Made by a program: the position numbers and the translations under genes. A model generated the notes under the pieces. That model was not told the DNA's origin. It saw only the letters and a program-made list of their open reading frames with translations, and did no database searches. From an uncultured bacterium (GTDB taxonomy: Bacteria; Hydrothermota; UBA3073; NMUJ01; CBEVQO01): a DNA stretch of 64,000 bases. Positions 39,203 to 49,598 of the stretch are shown here, one piece after another (positions within the stretch are counted from its first letter, which is position 1; each line of letters opens with the position of its first letter). The DNA is taken from contig CBEVQO010000009.1 of NCBI GenBank assembly GCA_965552055.1, positions 1 to 64,000 on the forward strand. Reading direction: 5' to 3'.

Positions 39203-41020
39203 ATGACAGTTGTGTTATTCCTAAGTGCAGTTTTGTGGGGACGGGTTTTTACCACATTACCCTTAAAAGACATAACAGAGATACAGGAACTGATATCGAA
39301 TGGTCACGAGCTATACGAAAAAGGGCATCTTGACAGTGCATTTAAATGTTTCCAAAAAGCCATAAATATTGACTCTACAATCGCACTGGGATATTATGAT
39401 ATAGGTTGCTTATATGCAAAAGAAGGTAAAGACAGCATTGCAATCAACTTTTTATGCAAAGCACTAAAAAAGAATATGTGCTTCGTATCATATAGATGGG
39501 CTCTATACGATGACCCAGACTGGAAAGAAATAAGAAAAAAACCAATATGGAAAAAAGTTTACGATGCTCTGGATGCAAAAATCAAAAATTTATTAACATT
39601 TGCCGATTCCGCTGGAATTTTCAAAAAAGATATATATCTTGAACTCACAGAAATATACAGCGCTAAAGGAGATACCAGCAATGCAATAAAATATTTGAAA
39701 CTGGCAATCGAACACGGATTCAATAATCCGTATGCCATAGCAGGACTAATGAGTGATACATTACAGAAAGTTGCAAAAAGTATAATCAAAGAAAAGTATA
39801 AATGGAATGGGACGGTTGAACAGAAAATTTATGGATTAATGCTTGTGCATTCCGCAATAAAATACAACTGTGCCACACTATATCTGGCGGATTTCGATGA
39901 TTGGGACAGCGAAGTGAAAAAATATATACCACTCGTGATAAACGCAAAAACAAAATTTGAATATTACCGAATCCTCAATAAATTAGTGGCAAGTATTAAC
40001 GACGACCATACTTACATAATATATCCAAGTGATATTTATGAAAAACTCGATGCACCACCACTAAAAGTTATCGGCATAAAAGGCAAATTTTATATCGAAA
40101 AAGTATTATCAACCGAACTGGAGGAAAAAGGCATAAAACCCGGTATGGAAATAATCAAAATAAATGACATTCCTGTTTATGAATATGCAAAAGATAGCGT
40201 CTATCCATATATCCCTAAAAAACCCAAACACTCAGCAGATTGGGATTGTGCAAGAAAGTTACTTACAGGCAAAAAAGGAACAGAAATAAAATTAACATTG
40301 CGGGATTACAAAGGCAAAATACACACTTTCAAAGTAAAAAGAAACGCTAAAGATGTAGTAAAAGAGAAAGAAAAGCCATTAGTAGAAATGAAAGAATTAC
40401 CTGGGGACATTATTTATTTTAATATTCGAAGAATGTGGGGAGATGTGGTAAATGAATTTTTGGAGTATTTTAAGAAATTGGACCTTGATAAAGTAAAAGG
40501 GATGATAATAGATGTGCGAGAAAATGGCGGCGGGAACAGTGCTTTAGGTGACGAGATAATCTCTTATCTTATCGATAAGCCAGTAAAGAATTATGTAGGC
40601 GCTTATGCACCCGTTTACATTCCACAGCAAAAAGTGGAAGCAACCTATTCAACGATAATGTTGAACTACTGGAGTGGCAAAGGCAAATTAATTTTACCTG
40701 CAAAAGATAAAAGATATACAGGGCCGCTCGTTATACTTACATCACCTACAACAGCTAGTGCAGCAGAAGATTTTGTCCGTCCATTTAAGGAATCAGGGCG
40801 CGCTACTATCATCGGTATGCCGACATCAGGTGGAACAGGCAACCCATTTTATGTGTACCTGCCGGGTGGAGGAATACTGCGAGTCTGCATAAATGCAGAA
40901 CCATTCGTAGGCAAAGGAATAATGCCAGATATTTTGGTTTACCCAACACAAAAAGATATAGCAGAAGGAAAAGATACAATACTAAATAAAGCAATAGAAT
41001 TCCTTAAACATAAAAAATAA
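39203..41020 (+). CDS. TPR-containing S41-family (tail-specific) peptidase
   Basis: N-terminal TPR-like helices; DDHT, PDZ-like region, IIDVRENGGG, TASAAEDF, G.GIMPD. Confidence 0.85.
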   Translation: MTVVLFLSAVLWGRVFTTLPLKDITEIQELISNGHELYEKGHLDSAFKCFQKAINIDSTIALGYYDIGCLYAKEGKDSIAINFLCKALKKNMCFVSYRWALYDDPDWKEIRKKPIWKKVYDALDAKIKNLLTFADSAGIFKKDIYLELTEIYSAKGDTSNAIKYLKLAIEHGFNNPYAIAGLMSDTLQKVAKSIIKEKYKWNGTVEQKIYGLMLVHSAIKYNCATLYLADFDDWDSEVKKYIPLVINAKTKFEYYRILNKLVASINDDHTYIIYPSDIYEKLDAPPLKVIGIKGKFYIEKVLSTELEEKGIKPGMEIIKINDIPVYEYAKDSVYPYIPKKPKHSADWDCARKLLTGKKGTEIKLTLRDYKGKIHTFKVKRNAKDVVKEKEKPLVEMKELPGDIIYFNIRRMWGDVVNEFLEYFKKLDLDKVKGMIIDVRENGGGNSALGDEIISYLIDKPVKNYVGAYAPVYIPQQKVEATYSTIMLNYWSGKGKLILPAKDKRYTGPLVILTSPTTASAAEDFVRPFKESGRATIIGMPTSGGTGNPFYVYLPGGGILRVCINAEPFVGKGIMPDILVYPTQKDIAEGKDTILNKAIEFLKHKK

Positions 41021-41260
41021 TTAGCCCCGCCTCCGCTGTCCCCACCTTCCCGATTAAGTCAGCCCACTACTGCCCCCGCTATAACGCAATCAAAAGATAA
41101 AGCGTAACACACCAGAGTAACCCACATCACCGTAATGGGCTGACATATCAACCCATTTGGTGATGGGCTCGGCTACGCCTCGCATTAAAAATTATTAGCA
41201 AAAATCACCAAAATACCAAGGCAGTGCCTTGCTCGCTTACGCTCACATTAAAATTTTTAA
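41021..41260 (+). repeat. Dispersed intergenic repeat, copy 3
   Basis: TTAGCCCCGCCTCCGCTGTCCCCACCTTCCC; internal inverted repeat 41058-41070/41132-41144; right motifs at 41167 and 41231. Confidence 0.85.
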
Positions 41261-41303
41261 CATGCAAAAGAATTGACAATTTTTTATTTTCGTTTATAAT
41301 TTA

Positions 41304-43298
41304 ATGATGGAAGAACTTAAAAAAGAATTGAAAAATACTTTACCATTATTTCGTAAATTTTTTGATTTTACTCAAATTCAAAAGGAAGCTATTCCCAAGA
41401 TTTTATCTGGCAAAAATTTGCTTCTGATTTCTCCTGCTGCAAGCGGTAAGACAGAGGCTGTGATTATACCTCTGATTGAGCGTCTAAAAAGGGAAAACTG
41501 GTGTCCTTTGAGTATTCTTTATGTTACTCCAACAAGAGCACTCGTGAATGACCTTTTCAGAAGATTAAGAGAACCACTTTCTGCTATCGGCGTAAAAATA
41601 GCACGAAAAACACTCGACCACAATGAATTTAAACCAGAACAGCCTCAAGATTTACTCATAACAACACCAGAATCATTTGATTCGCTTTTGACACGCTCAC
41701 CTCAATCACTTTTGAATCTCAAAGCAGTATGTCTTGATGAATTGCATTTAATAGATAATACCTATAGAGGCGATCAGTTAAGAGTTTTACTTAAAAGATT
41801 AAAGTTGCTTTGTAAAAGGGAGCTTTCTTTTTATGCTATGTCTGCAACGATTCCAGACCCCGAAAATCTTGGCAAAAGATACATCGAAGATTTTGAGGTT
41901 ATACAGATAAAGGGCGTGAAGCCACTTTCTTACTGGCTGTATCATGAAGATGATTTAAAGACAATGTCAGAAATTATGCGTATGTCAGGATATAAAAAAT
42001 TAATAGCTTTTTGCAATACCAGACATCATACAGAAGAATTTTCGAGAAAATTAAGATTTTATTTTTCTGATTATAAAGTTTTCACCCATCATGCTAGTTT
42101 ATCAAAGAAAGTGCGTGAATATGTTGAATCACTTCTTCATTCACAATATCCCGTGATTTGTGTTGCTACGATGACACTTGAACTTGGAATAGATGTAGGA
42201 GATGTTGATGCAATAATTTTATACACACCACCGCCTACTTGTAGTTCATTGCTGCAAAGATTGGGTAGAGGTAATCGCAAAGAAAATAAATTCATAGCAT
42301 ATGGGGTTTATAGAAACGAATGGGAAGAAAATATTTTTAAAGTGTTGTTTGAGCTTGTAAAAAGAGGATATCTTGAAAATCCACCCTATTCTCCCTGCAT
42401 TTCCGTTGCGGTGCAACAAATTTTATCCTATGTGTGTCAGAAGAAAAATAGAGGAGCAACAATAAGGTCAATAGAAAAAATTTTAGAACCACTTTCTTTA
42501 TCAAAACTTGAGATAGGCGAAATAATAGATATACTCGAGGATAACGATTTTATTTTCGAACACAGGGGAGTGTGGCTACCTACAGAGAAGCTCGAAAGGC
42601 GCCACGAAAGAGGATTTATACATTCAAATATAGAGGCATTGTTTAAGCCCTATGATATAGTTGATAAGAAAACAGGAAGGACTCTTGGGGTGCTTGAAAT
42701 GTTGAGTCCGTTTTTTGTGCTGGGTGGCAAACTCTGGAGCGTTGAGAAAATTTCGGATAATCAAAAAAAGATTTATGTATCGGAGATAGAAGGGATACCT
42801 TTTAGTGGTAAAGTTTTTAAGGGTAAAGGTTGTCCTTTGTGGGATTTTTCGGTGGGTAAAGAGTTAAAGCGTACATTTTTCGGTGATATTGGGGATTACA
42901 CACTGCCATATTTTATTGAATCAGGCAAAACCTATATTTTTCATTTCATGGGTTTGACTTATGGAGTAGTATGGGCGGATATTCTTGCGCATAAAAAAGA
43001 GTGGAATACAGCAGATGTAGAGGGAGTATGTCTTACGATAGCAGAGTCTGTTAATTTAAAAGAAATTTTTGATATTACAGAACAGGATGTTGAGTTATCA
43101 CTTACAAGATGTGAGAAATGGCTAAGAAAATATCTGGGCCTGGGTGCATATTACAAATATTTACCGAGTGGATTAAAGAAAGAAGCAATGATGCAAAGGT
43201 TTTCGATTGATAGTTTTTTAAAATTGATTAAAAGTTTTGAGTTAAAATTCGATAATAATTGCTACTGGGTTAAAAAAATGCTATTTGAGAAAGATTGA
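41304..43298 (+). CDS. Lhr-like DEAD/DEAH-box helicase (BrxHI/SngC-like)
   Basis: PAASGKTEA, PTRALVND, TTPES, LDELH, SAT, HHASLS, TLELGIDVG, QRLGR. Confidence 0.85.
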   Translation: MMEELKKELKNTLPLFRKFFDFTQIQKEAIPKILSGKNLLLISPAASGKTEAVIIPLIERLKRENWCPLSILYVTPTRALVNDLFRRLREPLSAIGVKIARKTLDHNEFKPEQPQDLLITTPESFDSLLTRSPQSLLNLKAVCLDELHLIDNTYRGDQLRVLLKRLKLLCKRELSFYAMSATIPDPENLGKRYIEDFEVIQIKGVKPLSYWLYHEDDLKTMSEIMRMSGYKKLIAFCNTRHHTEEFSRKLRFYFSDYKVFTHHASLSKKVREYVESLLHSQYPVICVATMTLELGIDVGDVDAIILYTPPPTCSSLLQRLGRGNRKENKFIAYGVYRNEWEENIFKVLFELVKRGYLENPPYSPCISVAVQQILSYVCQKKNRGATIRSIEKILEPLSLSKLEIGEIIDILEDNDFIFEHRGVWLPTEKLERRHERGFIHSNIEALFKPYDIVDKKTGRTLGVLEMLSPFFVLGGKLWSVEKISDNQKKIYVSEIEGIPFSGKVFKGKGCPLWDFSVGKELKRTFFGDIGDYTLPYFIESGKTYIFHFMGLTYGVVWADILAHKKEWNTADVEGVCLTIAESVNLKEIFDITEQDVELSLTRCEKWLRKYLGLGAYYKYLPSGLKKEAMMQRFSIDSFLKLIKSFELKFDNNCYWVKKMLFEKD

Positions 43299-43302
43299 GT
43301 TT

Positions 43303-43740
43303 TTAAAAAGTCAATTCTATTGGTTTTAATTCTCCTGTCTTTGTGTTAATTGTTAATGCCATTCCTTCGAGTGTGTGTAAACCGAGCACTTCTATATCTT
43401 CTTTTTCTCCAAAAATTACTTCGGATATTGTTTTTCCTTTTTTCGGTATTTCAAAAAGGCAAGCTCCTACATCTCTTTCTACAATTCTGCCATCTGCGGT
43501 TTTAAATTTCCTCTTATAAAGGGGTTTTATATTGAGTTTTTCGAGTTTTTCTTTTTTAATGCAGGAAAAAGTCGCCCCTGTATCAACGATTAATTCAATT
43601 TCCATGAAATTTTTGGTATTCTGGGGATTGAAGATTTTGACCTTTTCTTTTATTTTAAGTTCTTCCTTAATCTTTTTGTGCTTCAAGCCATTCTTTAAAT
43701 TCTTTTCTTGCCATTTCTCCCATCTATAATACTTTTGCAC
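43303..43740 (-). CDS. Retropepsin-like (clan AA) aspartic protease; start uncertain
   Basis: IVDTGAT, FKTADGR, VLGLHTLE. Confidence 0.8.
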   Translation of the reverse strand: MQKYYRWEKWQEKNLKNGLKHKKIKEELKIKEKVKIFNPQNTKNFMEIELIVDTGATFSCIKKEKLEKLNIKPLYKRKFKTADGRIVERDVGACLFEIPKKGKTISEVIFGEKEDIEVLGLHTLEGMALTINTKTGELKPIELTF

Positions 43741-45661
43741 CGGGGGTTACTTCTTTTTCTGGTGTGAGAATGACCGGGTGTTTTTCGCCTGCACATAGCA
43801 TCATTCCTTCTGATACTTCGCCGTAGATAACTTTTGGCTGTAAGTTAGCAACGATTATAATTTCTTTGCCTATTAACTGTTCAGGTTCATATTCTTTGCC
43901 GATACCTGCAACTATCTGGCGTAATTCTTTGCCAACCCTTACTTTTAACTTTAATAATTTTTTGGTTAATCTTTCTGCTTCTTCTACTTTTCCAATTCTC
44001 AACTCTATTTTCTTGAATTCATCGATTGTTATAAATTTTTTGCCAAGTTTTCTCTTTTCGATTTCTATTCTTTCTCTCTTGTATTTCTGGAAAAGGGGTT
44101 CTACTTCTCCGAGTTCCATTCCTGTGTGTGGTTCTATCTCTCCAATTTCGTCCCATTTAACCTGCTGTACATTTAAATAATTTCTTATTTTTTCTGCTGT
44201 GAATGGCAAAAATGGATGTAAAAAAGTACCAAGATTTGCTATAATTTTCGTGCAGGTATAAATAACTGTAGGTGTTCTTTCTGTTTTTTCCCATGGCTTT
44301 CCGTGTTCAAAATATCTGTTGCATTCTCTAACAAAATCCATCGTGTGACGCATTGCCTGACGGAATTCAAATTTATCGATATAATCACCTGCTCGCTTAC
44401 TATATTCTTTCATCTTTTCTATGATTTCATTATCTTCTGCGATGATTTTGCCCTTTTCCGGTATTTTATTGTTCAAATATCTTTTTATGAATTGAAGAGT
44501 TCTGTGGACGAAATTTCCGAGTATGTCGTTTAATTCGTTATTTTTGAGGTTGAAATCTTCCCAGCTGAAGTTTGCATCTCCTTTTTCTGGCATATTAAGT
44601 ATAAGTGTATATCTGAGTGGGTCTGGCGGGAAGCCATCCAGGTAATCGTGCAGCCATATTGCCCAGTTGCGTGATGTTGATAATTTTTGACCTTCGAGGT
44701 TCATAAATTCATTTGCAGGTATTTCTGCTGGCAGGATAAAATCTCCATGTGCCATCAGCATTGCAGGCCATACTATTGTGTGGAATACGATGTTATCTTT
44801 GCCCATGAATTGCACGAGTTTTGTGTTCTCATCTTTCCACCATTTTTCCCATTCTTTTTCGTTCCATTCTATTGTTGCAGATATGTAGCCAAGTGGTGCA
44901 TCAAACCATACATAAAGTACTTTGCCCTGTGCTTCGGGAAGGGGCACGGGCACTCCCCAGTGCAGGTCACGGGTTATGGGGCGGGGTCGCAGTTCTTTTA
45001 TCCAGTTTTTTGCAAATTCTATTACATTTGGTTTCCAGTGTTTTTTGGTGTTAAGCCATTGTGCCAGTTTATCCTTAAGCAAATCTAATCTGAAAAACCA
45101 GTGAAATGTTTGGCGTATTACGGGTGTTCCTCCGCATAGAGCGCATTTTGGTTCTTTTAGCATTGTGGGTTCGAGCCATCTACCGCATGATTCGCACTGG
45201 TCCCCTCTTGCATCTGCATCGCAGTGAGGACATTTGCCTGTTACATAGCGGTCTGGCAGGAAGCGGTCGCAGTTTTCACAGTATAATTGTTCTACTTCTT
45301 TCTTTTCAAGATATCCATTTTCGTGTAATTTTAAAAAGAATTTTTGTGAAAAATCATGATGTATCTTTTTTGATGTTCTTGAGAAATTTGTAAATTCGAT
45401 TCCGAATTTTGAGAAAGCATCTTTTATTATCTTGTGATATTTATCTGCTACCCTTTTAGGTGTGGTTCCTTCTTCTTCTGCCTTTATTGTGATCTGCACT
45501 CCGTTTTCATCGGTTCCACAGATATGAATTACTTCTCTGCCTTTTAATTTTTGATATTTGAAGTAAATATCTGCTGGCAGGTATGCACCTGCTATATGTC
45601 CGATGTGAAGAGGACCATTTGCATAAGGCAAAGCACTTGTTATCAAAATCCTTTCACCCAT
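43724..45661 (-). CDS. metG: Methionine--tRNA ligase
   Basis: LPYANGPLHIGH, Zn knuckles, YVWFDA, KLSTS, C-terminal tRNA-binding domain. Confidence 0.97.
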   Translation of the reverse strand: MGERILITSALPYANGPLHIGHIAGAYLPADIYFKYQKLKGREVIHICGTDENGVQITIKAEEEGTTPKRVADKYHKIIKDAFSKFGIEFTNFSRTSKKIHHDFSQKFFLKLHENGYLEKKEVEQLYCENCDRFLPDRYVTGKCPHCDADARGDQCESCGRWLEPTMLKEPKCALCGGTPVIRQTFHWFFRLDLLKDKLAQWLNTKKHWKPNVIEFAKNWIKELRPRPITRDLHWGVPVPLPEAQGKVLYVWFDAPLGYISATIEWNEKEWEKWWKDENTKLVQFMGKDNIVFHTIVWPAMLMAHGDFILPAEIPANEFMNLEGQKLSTSRNWAIWLHDYLDGFPPDPLRYTLILNMPEKGDANFSWEDFNLKNNELNDILGNFVHRTLQFIKRYLNNKIPEKGKIIAEDNEIIEKMKEYSKRAGDYIDKFEFRQAMRHTMDFVRECNRYFEHGKPWEKTERTPTVIYTCTKIIANLGTFLHPFLPFTAEKIRNYLNVQQVKWDEIGEIEPHTGMELGEVEPLFQKYKRERIEIEKRKLGKKFITIDEFKKIELRIGKVEEAERLTKKLLKLKVRVGKELRQIVAGIGKEYEPEQLIGKEIIIVANLQPKVIYGEVSEGMMLCAGEKHPVILTPEKEVTPGAKVL

Positions 45662-45758
45662 CCCCTAATATTAATAAAATCCCAGAAAAGTCAAGTAGAT
45701 TTGAGTATTAAAAATCTCGAGCTAATGTTAAAATATCAGTTAATAAATTTTTTTCCTT

Positions 45759-47546
45759 TTATATTTCGTTTTGTATAAGAAGTTCATCACCTAATACATC
45801 CACTATCTTTACTGCAACCTTTGTCTTTTTGGTAGGAATTTTTATTTCATAATTTCCTTTAATTAAATCTTGCTTTTTAGCTGGAATATCAACGTATACT
45901 GCTTTAAAGATTTTCCCGTTATAATTTGGATCAATTAGAACAAAGTCTATCATACTTCTAAAATCATCAATTGTTTTTTGTAAGAGGGAACCTTCAAGGT
46001 TAAAGCGTTTGATAACTGTAGGTGATATAAATTCTTTTATCTCAATTCTTGCTGTATCGTTGGATATTCTTTTTATTTCAACTTTTGCCTGTGGTGGCTC
46101 ATGAATTATAAATCCGCCTTTCTCTTTGTCAGTTCTTAAATCGATTACCTCTATCTTGTTAACAACACTTCTTCTATTCCAGTCTTCAATCCAGGCTTGA
46201 GTATTTAATTCCTGTCCATAGCAGACTATTACTATATTCCTTTCTTCATCGGGTCTCTTTGAAAGTTCATCTTTTATCGCTTCAAGATCTAAAAGGGTCA
46301 AAGGGTGGTTGAAATCAATAATTTTTACCAGTTTGTTGCCAAGCCTTCCTTCAAAGAAAGAGTCTGTTTTTGTCCTTTCAATGCCAAGGTGCCTGATAGC
46401 AAGTTCTTTTGCCTCACTCTGGAAGAGTTTTAAGTCATAGTTATTTACTTTGTAAATCGCAAAAGTGAAGTATTTTTTATTGTGTTTTTCAAATAATTCT
46501 ATGTTTTCTTTCAGTTGCTCTTCAATAATCTTTCGGAGCCTCTTTGCAGTAAGTTGAACCGCTCCTTTGTTTATATCAACGCCTATCCATCGCCTGCCAA
46601 GCTTCTGGGCAACCGCTGCGGTTGTGCCAGAACCAATGAAACAATCAAGAACTAAATCTCCTTCGTTTGTGGAGGCTTTAATTATACGTTCTAAAAGGGC
46701 TTCGGGTTTTTGGGTTTTGAAATCGAGGCGCTCTTGTTGAGCATGCAATAGTGGAATCTGCCATACATTATCCATAACTCTTTCTTCTCTAATTATGGTT
46801 TCTACTTTACCATCTGATCCTCTTACATATATCTTTTTACCGTTTTCTTTTTTCATCTTTGTAACTTTAATTGGTTTATCTCTTTTCTCGAATAATGGAT
46901 TAAAAACATTTTGATCGCTTTTCGAATAAAAAAGTATTATATCAGTTGAATTGGTAAAAAGTCTTTTCCTTGTATCAGGAATTTTGTTGGGATAATACCA
47001 AATTATCTCGTTTCTAAAATTTTCCTCTCCAAATACTTCATCCATAATAATTTTTATATAATGTCCCACATGCCAATCCAAATGCACATAAATGCTTCCT
47101 GTCTCACTCAAAAGCTCTTTCATTAAAAGCAGTCTTTCATAAATCCACTGAAAATACTCATCTCTTTTCCATATATCTTCATACATAACCTGCTGCAGGA
47201 GCGGCGCCTCATCTTCTTCAATTCTGCTTCCTTTAAATCCTCTGAGTTCCACTTTTCTTACATAGTCTTTGTTACTTGCAAAGGGTGGGTCTATGTAAAT
47301 GAGGTCAATTTTTCCTCTGAAACCGAGTTCTAAAAGCGTTGCCAGAACTTCTTTATTGTCTCCCTCAAATAAAAGATTGTGCCAGTCCTTTTCTAAGTCT
47401 TCATATTTGGGGATTTCGTAAAATTTGGTGTTATTAAAAGGATCATAGACCTCTACTAATTGTGTAGGATAACTTTTCACACTTTCAAGAGGCTTTTTAC
47501 CTACCCAATAGAGCATGGGGCGACCTTTGGGAGGAGTGATTTTCAT
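45759..47546 (-). CDS. Type III-like restriction-modification DNA methyltransferase (Mod)
   Basis: IYIDPPF, TQKPEALL, DCFIGSGTT (beta-class order). Confidence 0.88.
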   Translation of the reverse strand: MKITPPKGRPMLYWVGKKPLESVKSYPTQLVEVYDPFNNTKFYEIPKYEDLEKDWHNLLFEGDNKEVLATLLELGFRGKIDLIYIDPPFASNKDYVRKVELRGFKGSRIEEDEAPLLQQVMYEDIWKRDEYFQWIYERLLLMKELLSETGSIYVHLDWHVGHYIKIIMDEVFGEENFRNEIIWYYPNKIPDTRKRLFTNSTDIILFYSKSDQNVFNPLFEKRDKPIKVTKMKKENGKKIYVRGSDGKVETIIREERVMDNVWQIPLLHAQQERLDFKTQKPEALLERIIKASTNEGDLVLDCFIGSGTTAAVAQKLGRRWIGVDINKGAVQLTAKRLRKIIEEQLKENIELFEKHNKKYFTFAIYKVNNYDLKLFQSEAKELAIRHLGIERTKTDSFFEGRLGNKLVKIIDFNHPLTLLDLEAIKDELSKRPDEERNIVIVCYGQELNTQAWIEDWNRRSVVNKIEVIDLRTDKEKGGFIIHEPPQAKVEIKRISNDTARIEIKEFISPTVIKRFNLEGSLLQKTIDDFRSMIDFVLIDPNYNGKIFKAVYVDIPAKKQDLIKGNYEIKIPTKKTKVAVKIVDVLGDELLIQNEI

Positions 47547-48499
47547 AATCCACCCCCTGTTTCCAGCTGATCAAATAAAGAAGGTTGGTATGGTCTACCT
47601 GCAATTTTATCTGCAAATTCTTCAAATTTTCTTTTAATGGCTTTAATTCTTCTAAACTTTTCTGCCTTAGGAAGTGTAATTTCCCATGTGGGTGGATCGG
47701 GTGCTATTCTTTTCAAGATCCCAACACAGTATTTTTCTTTAATTAGTTTATTTATTATTTCTTTAGATGCTTTAGCAATTTTTGTCCTTTTTTCTCTATA
47801 TAGTAAGTTATAAAAAGATGGAGTAAGCATTCTACGGGTGAAGTATTCTATATTAAACTTAAAACCTTCATCTTCTTTGACTAAAATCTCAATAAGAGTG
47901 GAGATTACATTATCAACTAAAAGAGAATGTGAGAAGTCAGATAAATTTATGTCGGGAAAAGAATAATATATTCTATCGAATTTCAAAGGTTGACTAAAAA
48001 AATTTTCAGTTTCAGTCACACTAAAAGTGTTAAGTCTTTTCTCCAATAAATGCTCGTTTGGAAAATGATATACAAGCAAAATAACAGGCAGGTTTTCAGT
48101 GGTTATAAATTCCTTAAAAGCAGTTTCACCTTCAGGAGTTACTATTAAAATAACATCTTTGTTTTTAACACAGAGCTCCGAAACAAAGGCCCGCAGGGAG
48201 TCTTCATCAATATCTATATATTTTCGAAGTTGAACAACTTTTCTATTAGAAACTTTTTCCTCTTGAGTCCATTCCGCTATAATACTTTCTCGAAGTTTAA
48301 CTGACTCAAGAGTCATCTCAGGAGTAGCTTTTCGGCTATCTGTGGATGTGTAAAATAACAGCTCAAAGCCAACAACCTTAAATCCCATTTCCTTAAACTT
48401 TGAAGAATAAGGTTCCAATAATCTGCTACCTTTAGTTAGTCCCCAAAAAATATTAATCAATTGATTCTCAAATGATCTTTTCTTTTGAATCATTTTCAA
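47543..48499 (-). CDS. Hypothetical protein within the R-M operon
   Basis: 318-aa ORF overlapping both neighbours; no recognised motif. Confidence 0.75.
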   Translation of the reverse strand: MKMIQKKRSFENQLINIFWGLTKGSRLLEPYSSKFKEMGFKVVGFELLFYTSTDSRKATPEMTLESVKLRESIIAEWTQEEKVSNRKVVQLRKYIDIDEDSLRAFVSELCVKNKDVILIVTPEGETAFKEFITTENLPVILLVYHFPNEHLLEKRLNTFSVTETENFFSQPLKFDRIYYSFPDINLSDFSHSLLVDNVISTLIEILVKEDEGFKFNIEYFTRRMLTPSFYNLLYREKRTKIAKASKEIINKLIKEKYCVGILKRIAPDPPTWEITLPKAEKFRRIKAIKRKFEEFADKIAGRPYQPSLFDQLETGGGL

Positions 48500-49598
48500 G
48501 GCTTATCTCCATGTTTAAAGTATGCTGCAAGTTAGTATAGAGTCTTAAAATAGTATTTGAACAAACTTGATCAGATAGATATGCAAGCATCATGTCGGGA
48601 AATATTTGCAAAACGAATTTTCCTCCAACATGCAAATCAATTACATGAGCGATATACTCGTATTTACCCGTTTGAGAAACTATTCCTAATAATCTGAATG
48701 GCATTTTGCCACTGAAAATACTTTCTAAAAACCGATGTAAATTCTCCTCTAACAAAGGTTTTTCAAAAACGAAATAAATAGGTTCACCTTCCAGTAAGTT
48801 TTCTAAACTCCATTTTAACCTATATTTATCAAGTTGGATAAGTTTATTTTCGTACTCTTGTTTTAGTTCTACCAATATCTTTCTATGTATTCCAATACTT
48901 GTTCCATATGATTTCACCTTACCATTAAATTTTATATCAGTTATTATAAACTCATCCTTACTATTTCCAAATTCCTTAAATCGTACTTTGCCTAAAATCG
49001 CCATTTTTTTCAATACACCTCTTAAATCCTCATAAACTTTTCTTAATCTTTCACCTCCTCCCCAAAGTTGCATCTTGAGATAAGAAAAAATTTCCTCCTC
49101 GTTTTTTCCTATGATAGGCCTATAATCGTAATCGAAACTAAAGCCTTTAAAATATCTATTATATTTTGTTATCTGGGAATCAAGGAAGTTATGCCAGAAC
49201 CAGAACCGGTCAATTCTGGGCTGGTTTTGAACTATTTTATACAATAGACTGTCTACCTTTTGAGATTTTGATAAGGTATATAAAAATAGAAACCTATTAC
49301 TTATCCATTCCACATAAAGAGATATTTTTAAATCTTTGTATATCAATTCAAAGAAATCCATTTCTATTTCATGAACATCTGGCACTATCGTTTTGTCCTG
49401 GAGATAAAACGAAAACAGAGACTTTAAAATCTGCCTTCTTTCACTTTTCAAATCTGATATGTTTATCTCTAATAAATAAGATTTCAGCAAGTAAGACTCA
49501 TACTCAAGTTTTTTGTCTTCGTAGATTTTCTCATAGGCCCTGGATATTTGTTCTTCAAAAAAATCGAAAGCTTCCTTTTTACTGTTAAATCGTTTCAT
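48468..49598 (-). CDS. Hypothetical protein within the R-M operon
   Basis: 376-aa ORF with ATGA-type overlap to res; no recognised motif. Confidence 0.75.
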   Translation of the reverse strand: MKRFNSKKEAFDFFEEQISRAYEKIYEDKKLEYESYLLKSYLLEINISDLKSERRQILKSLFSFYLQDKTIVPDVHEIEMDFFELIYKDLKISLYVEWISNRFLFLYTLSKSQKVDSLLYKIVQNQPRIDRFWFWHNFLDSQITKYNRYFKGFSFDYDYRPIIGKNEEEIFSYLKMQLWGGGERLRKVYEDLRGVLKKMAILGKVRFKEFGNSKDEFIITDIKFNGKVKSYGTSIGIHRKILVELKQEYENKLIQLDKYRLKWSLENLLEGEPIYFVFEKPLLEENLHRFLESIFSGKMPFRLLGIVSQTGKYEYIAHVIDLHVGGKFVLQIFPDMMLAYLSDQVCSNTILRLYTNLQHTLNMEISLENDSKEKII

